From NCBI GenBank assembly GCA_965652295.1, contig CBFGTS010000019.1, positions 1 through 64,000 on the forward strand: a stretch of 64,000 bases of DNA. The letters run 5' to 3'. The DNA comes from an uncultured Haloferula sp. GTDB lineage: Bacteria > Verrucomicrobiota > Verrucomicrobiia > Verrucomicrobiales > Akkermansiaceae. The translations under genes were made by a program, and so were the position numbers. The notes under the pieces were generated by a model. The model was not told where the DNA came from, made no database searches, and was given only the letters and a program-made list of their open reading frames with translations. Position 1 is the stretch's first letter. Each line of letters begins with the position of its first letter. Of this stretch, positions 60,403 through 64,000 are shown piece by piece.

Positions 60403-62220
60403 TTACTTGGCGGGGATCGTGACGCCTTCGGTGCCGGGCTCGAAGCTGCGGTCGAGCGGGTCCATCGGCAGGATCCGCCCTTTGTCGTCGAACTTCATCT
60501 CGACGATTGCGACCTGCCGCTTGTAGCCGCTGCCGCCGGGAACGGCGTGGCGGTGGTAGGCAACGAACCAACGGTCGGTGCCGGGAACATTGACCACGCC
60601 GTGATGCGCGGTGGCCACGGCATTGCCGTTCTTCTGCAGAACGATGAAATCGCCCTCAGGATACTCCACCGGCCCGACGGGCGAGTCCGACCACGCCCAG
60701 CCCACTCGATAGTTCGGCGAGCGGGCGTCGTCGATCGACCACATGAAGTAGTATTTCCCGTGACGCTTGAAGACCACGATGCCCTCGCGGAAGTCACGCA
60801 GCGGGATCTCCACCGGATCACCGTCGAGCGTGATCATGTCCTCCTTGAGCTTGAAGACCTGGCAGAGGTTCCCGTTTCCGAAATAGAGGTAGGCTTGGCC
60901 GTCATCGTCGATGAAGGCGTGTGGGTCGATGGTGTTGGTGTTGATCTTGCCCCCGCGGACCAGCAACGGCTTGCCGAGCGCATCCTTGAACGGTCCGGTT
61001 GGCGAGTCCCCCACCGCGACGCCGATCTTCCCGTCGCCACAGAAGTAGAAATAGTATTTCCCGTTCCGCTCGATGCAGTCCGGTGCCCAGGCCTTGACGT
61101 CGGCCCACTCGATGTCGTTGCGCAGGTCGAGGAAGACATTCTCCTTTTTCCAATCGACGAGGTTTTTCGATGACCAGACGGCGAATTCGTAGGTGTTCCA
61201 GTTCGGCCGGTCCGAAGTCGGGTACATGTAGTAGGTATCGCCGAAAGCCCGGATCGAGGGGTCGGCGGTGAACTCGCTCAAAGCAGGCTTCGGCACCGAC
61301 TCGATGATCTCCTTTTCCTCCTCCCTGAGTCCTTCCAAGATCTCGGCGGAAATGGGAAGAATCGAACCGTGACGCTGGCCGTTGACCACGTTGACAAAGG
61401 GCGTGACGTCCTTCCATTCCTTCAGGTCGGAGGAGCGGCGGGCACCGTAGCGGTGGTTGACGTAATAGTCGAAATAGACGGTTGCCTCGTCATCGATCAC
61501 CACCGCCGCCGGGCCTTCGGCACGTTCCTTTTCCAGAACCGGCTCATCAAGGAGACGGTACGGCCCGAGCGGCTTGTCGGCGATCGCCGTGCGGATCGCA
61601 CCCCAGATTTCCTTCGGTTGGTCGTCGGTTTCCTTGAGGAAAATCACATACTTCCCCTTCATCTCGACCATGGTGGTGTCGATGTTGTTGAAGCCGGGAT
61701 CGAAGAAGATCTTCGGCGTGGTGAAGGTCTCGAAGTCCTTTGTCAGCACGTGCCAGGCGCGGTGCTGCGCGCCGTCTTTTCCGACCATCGGCACGGCGGA
61801 CGACCAGACGATCAGGTAGCTCTGTTCCGCTTCCAGCCAGTAGAGTTCCGGAGCCCAGGTGGTTTCGACTCCTTTGAGGTCCTCGGTGAGCGGCAGGAAC
61901 TTCTGCTTCGACCACTCAAGGAGATCCTTCGACGTGGCGTAGCCGATCCCCTTGTCGTGCCAGCCGCTGGTCCACACCATGTGAAAGAGCCCGTCAGGTC
62001 CTTTGAGGATATGGGGGTCGCGCATCAGCTTCGAGCCGACTTCGGGCTTCAGGAAAACCCGTTTCAGCTCGGTCCAGTCCATCGCATCACGGCTGTAGGC
62101 GAGGTGCAGGCCATCGCCGTTATCCCGGAAAGAGGTGAAAAGGTAACCGGCCGGATCCTCCGCCGACAGGGTACCCGGAAGGAGGAGGGACAATGATAGG
62201 AGCGCGGAAAGTCGTTTCAT
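60403..62220 (-). CDS. Secreted protein with two tandem GH43 domains
   Basis: Domain 1 MRDPH/WAPE/NIDT/AEGP/RHG; domain 2 TADPS/WAPD/TIDP/FREG/AHH. Confidence 0.88.
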   Translation of the reverse strand: MKRLSALLSLSLLLPGTLSAEDPAGYLFTSFRDNGDGLHLAYSRDAMDWTELKRVFLKPEVGSKLMRDPHILKGPDGLFHMVWTSGWHDKGIGYATSKDLLEWSKQKFLPLTEDLKGVETTWAPELYWLEAEQSYLIVWSSAVPMVGKDGAQHRAWHVLTKDFETFTTPKIFFDPGFNNIDTTMVEMKGKYVIFLKETDDQPKEIWGAIRTAIADKPLGPYRLLDEPVLEKERAEGPAAVVIDDEATVYFDYYVNHRYGARRSSDLKEWKDVTPFVNVVNGQRHGSILPISAEILEGLREEEKEIIESVPKPALSEFTADPSIRAFGDTYYMYPTSDRPNWNTYEFAVWSSKNLVDWKKENVFLDLRNDIEWADVKAWAPDCIERNGKYYFYFCGDGKIGVAVGDSPTGPFKDALGKPLLVRGGKINTNTIDPHAFIDDDGQAYLYFGNGNLCQVFKLKEDMITLDGDPVEIPLRDFREGIVVFKRHGKYYFMWSIDDARSPNYRVGWAWSDSPVGPVEYPEGDFIVLQKNGNAVATAHHGVVNVPGTDRWFVAYHRHAVPGGSGYKRQVAIVEMKFDDKGRILPMDPLDRSFEPGTEGVTIPAK

Positions 62221-62308
62221 GAGCTTGGGATGGGGCAACCATGAATCGTTTCCCGCGGACAAGGCTATGCGTTTCCCGACATGTTTCCGTCGTTTTCTTC
62301 CCCGACCG

Positions 62309-62584
62309 TCACCTCCGGAACCGCAACTCGCGGCGCAGGCTTTCCACCTCGCGCATCAGGGTGGCGACCATCCGGATGGCCGCCCAGTTCATGCGATGCT
62401 CCCGGCGCAGGGTCTCCAGGTGCCGCAACAAGCGGATGGCCTCCTCGTCGAAAAGCCATCCCTGCGCCGGCTGGACCAAGCCCTGCCGGCAATAGAAGAC
62501 GATCTTCCGCCGCTCCGTCCCGGTCAGGCGGACCACCGTATCCATCGAGTGCAGAGCATGCGGATCAGGTTCGTAGCGCTTCAT
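62309..62584 (-). CDS. cbpM: Chaperone modulator CbpM-like (MerR-type HTH)
   Basis: YCRQGLVQP, WLFDEEAIRLLRHLETLRREHRMN; directly downstream of cbpA. Confidence 0.7.
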   Translation of the reverse strand: MKRYEPDPHALHSMDTVVRLTGTERRKIVFYCRQGLVQPAQGWLFDEEAIRLLRHLETLRREHRMNWAAIRMVATLMREVESLRRELRFRR

Positions 62585-62585
62585 T

Positions 62586-63533
62586 TCAGCTCTCCCTGGG
62601 TTGGAATTTGGAAACCTCGCCGAGCCGTTTCCACAGCTCGCGCTCCTCGTCCGTAGCGGTCTCCGGCACGTCGATCGAAAGCACGACGTAGAGGTCGCCC
62701 GCCGACCCTTTCCGCGGCAGTCCGTAGCCCTTCAACCGCAACTGGTCGCCCGCCCGGGTGCCCGGTGGCACCTTGACCTGCACCGATTTCCCGCCCGGCA
62801 ACGTAAACGAGCCGGTGGTTCCCAGCACCGCCTCCCACGGGGCCAGGACCAGGTCGCGGAACAGGTCGTGCCCGTGGACTCGGAAATCCGGATCCGCCGC
62901 CAGCCGCACCCGCAGATAGAGATCGCCGGCCGGACCGCCGCCGCTTCCTTCGCCGCCGTGGCCCGGCACCCGCAGCCGCTGGCCCTCGCGGATGCCGGCC
63001 GGGATGCGCACTTGAACTTCCTCGACGTTCGCCTGCCCGGTGCGCGGATCGACCCGCCGCAGCGAGATCGTCCGCACCGATCCGTTCATCGCCTCGTGCA
63101 GCGTGACCATGAGGTCGCCCTCCACGTCGTGCCCCCGCGCACCGGCCGCGGTCCTGCGGAAACCTTGGGCGCCGTGGCTGAAGCCGCCGCCGAAATAGCG
63201 TTCGAAGAAGTCGCTGAAGCCGGTGCCGCCGAACTCGAACTCGAAGCCCTCCGCCCCACCGCCGCCGGTCCAACCCGCGCCACCCGGCGGCATCCCGCCG
63301 GGTTGGTTCCAGTGTGCTCCCAGAGCGTCATACCGCTTCCGCTTCTCCGGATCGCCGAGCACTTCGTACGCTTCGTTGATCTCTTTGAACTTCGCCTCCG
63401 ACCCCGCTTTGTCTTTGGCCACATCCGGGTGGTGCTGGCGGGCGAGCCGGCGAAAGGCCTTCTTGATCGCCGCCTCATCCGCATCCCGGGGCACGCCGAG
63501 AATGTCATAGTAGTCCTTGAACTCGACCGACAT
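62586..63533 (-). CDS. cbpA: DnaJ-class chaperone CbpA (J domain + C-terminal domain, no zinc finger)
   Basis: DYYDILGV, HPD, FKEINEAYEVL, GFSDFF, GDLY, PWEAVLG. Confidence 0.88.
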   Translation of the reverse strand: MSVEFKDYYDILGVPRDADEAAIKKAFRRLARQHHPDVAKDKAGSEAKFKEINEAYEVLGDPEKRKRYDALGAHWNQPGGMPPGGAGWTGGGGAEGFEFEFGGTGFSDFFERYFGGGFSHGAQGFRRTAAGARGHDVEGDLMVTLHEAMNGSVRTISLRRVDPRTGQANVEEVQVRIPAGIREGQRLRVPGHGGEGSGGGPAGDLYLRVRLAADPDFRVHGHDLFRDLVLAPWEAVLGTTGSFTLPGGKSVQVKVPPGTRAGDQLRLKGYGLPRKGSAGDLYVVLSIDVPETATDEERELWKRLGEVSKFQPRES

Positions 63534-63666
63534 GGCTTTGTTCCCACTCATCGCACAAACCCCGGCGCTTGTCTAACGACCGGCCCGTCACCCCCCTCCG
63601 CCGATCGGATGTGAAGAAACGGCTTCTCCCGGCCTCGCCTCGCCGGCATGCTCCAGACTCCATCCC

Positions 63667-64000
63667 ATGTTCATCGGCACTCACGCTCTCCTGCCTGTTG
63701 CAGTCGCACTTGCATGGGACGATTCACGGCTTGGTGCCGGGCGCGGTGAGACCTTCCCGGCGTGGTCCCTGCCGGCCTTCGCCGTCTTCGGCGCCCTGCC
63801 GGATCTCTGTTCCCCTCACCTTTCGCTGGAGGCGCGTTACACCAGCCTTTCGCACACGCTTCTTTTCCTCGGCATCCTGGTCCCGGTGGTGATCGCCCTC
63901 GCCCGTCTCTTCCCAAAAGGCTCCCGTCTCCTCGTGGGACTCGGTGCCTGGTCAGCCGCCGTGCTTCACCTCGCGGCCGATGCTATTTCGGGCGGGATTC
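63667..64000 (+). CDS. Metal-dependent hydrolase, YdjM-like (runs off window end)
   Basis: MFIGTHALL, GALPDL, SLSHTLL, LHLAADAISGGI; absent from ORF track because it has no stop in the window. Confidence 0.75.
   Translation, partial: MFIGTHALLPVAVALAWDDSRLGAGRGETFPAWSLPAFAVFGALPDLCSPHLSLEARYTSLSHTLLFLGILVPVVIALARLFPKGSRLLVGLGAWSAAVLHLAADAISGGI

Overview
High-GC bacterial window that looks verrucomicrobial (Luteolibacter/Haloferula-like). This is an inference from three PEP-CTERM proteins, helical-repeat secreted proteins, Asp-rich repeat/LamG proteins and a sulfatase. Housekeeping genes (rimO, hisF, recO, YhaM-like nuclease, nnr, amidase, carB, glnB, floA/nfeD, cbpA/cbpM) are interleaved with accessory cargo. 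The cargo includes four GH43 genes (five GH43 domains), a CBM6 + beta-propeller CAZyme, a vapBC module, TetR-RND efflux, a TonB siderophore receptor + PepSY-TM, a NarL-type two-component system, an ECF sigma operon and HxlR-DinB-MATE. Two regulatory systems not explained by the gene calls stand out. (1) A signal-peptide uORF ending in the ribosome-arrest motif RAPP (2144-2476) lies upstream of a shortened SecA paralogue, suggesting a SecM/ApdP-like secretion monitor. (2) Two diverged copies of a ~72-nt small-RNA cassette (40173-40299, 40683-40808) each carry an operator palindrome, -35/17/-10 promoter, GNRA hairpin, conserved UUUCAUGACA linker (antisense to CAUGAAA start regions) and a terminator with a compensatory change; they sit divergently from the two-component system. 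A third sRNA-like unit lies at 12357-12480. No rRNA, tRNA, CRISPR array or transposase was recognised. All calls come from reading the sequence only; no searches were run.
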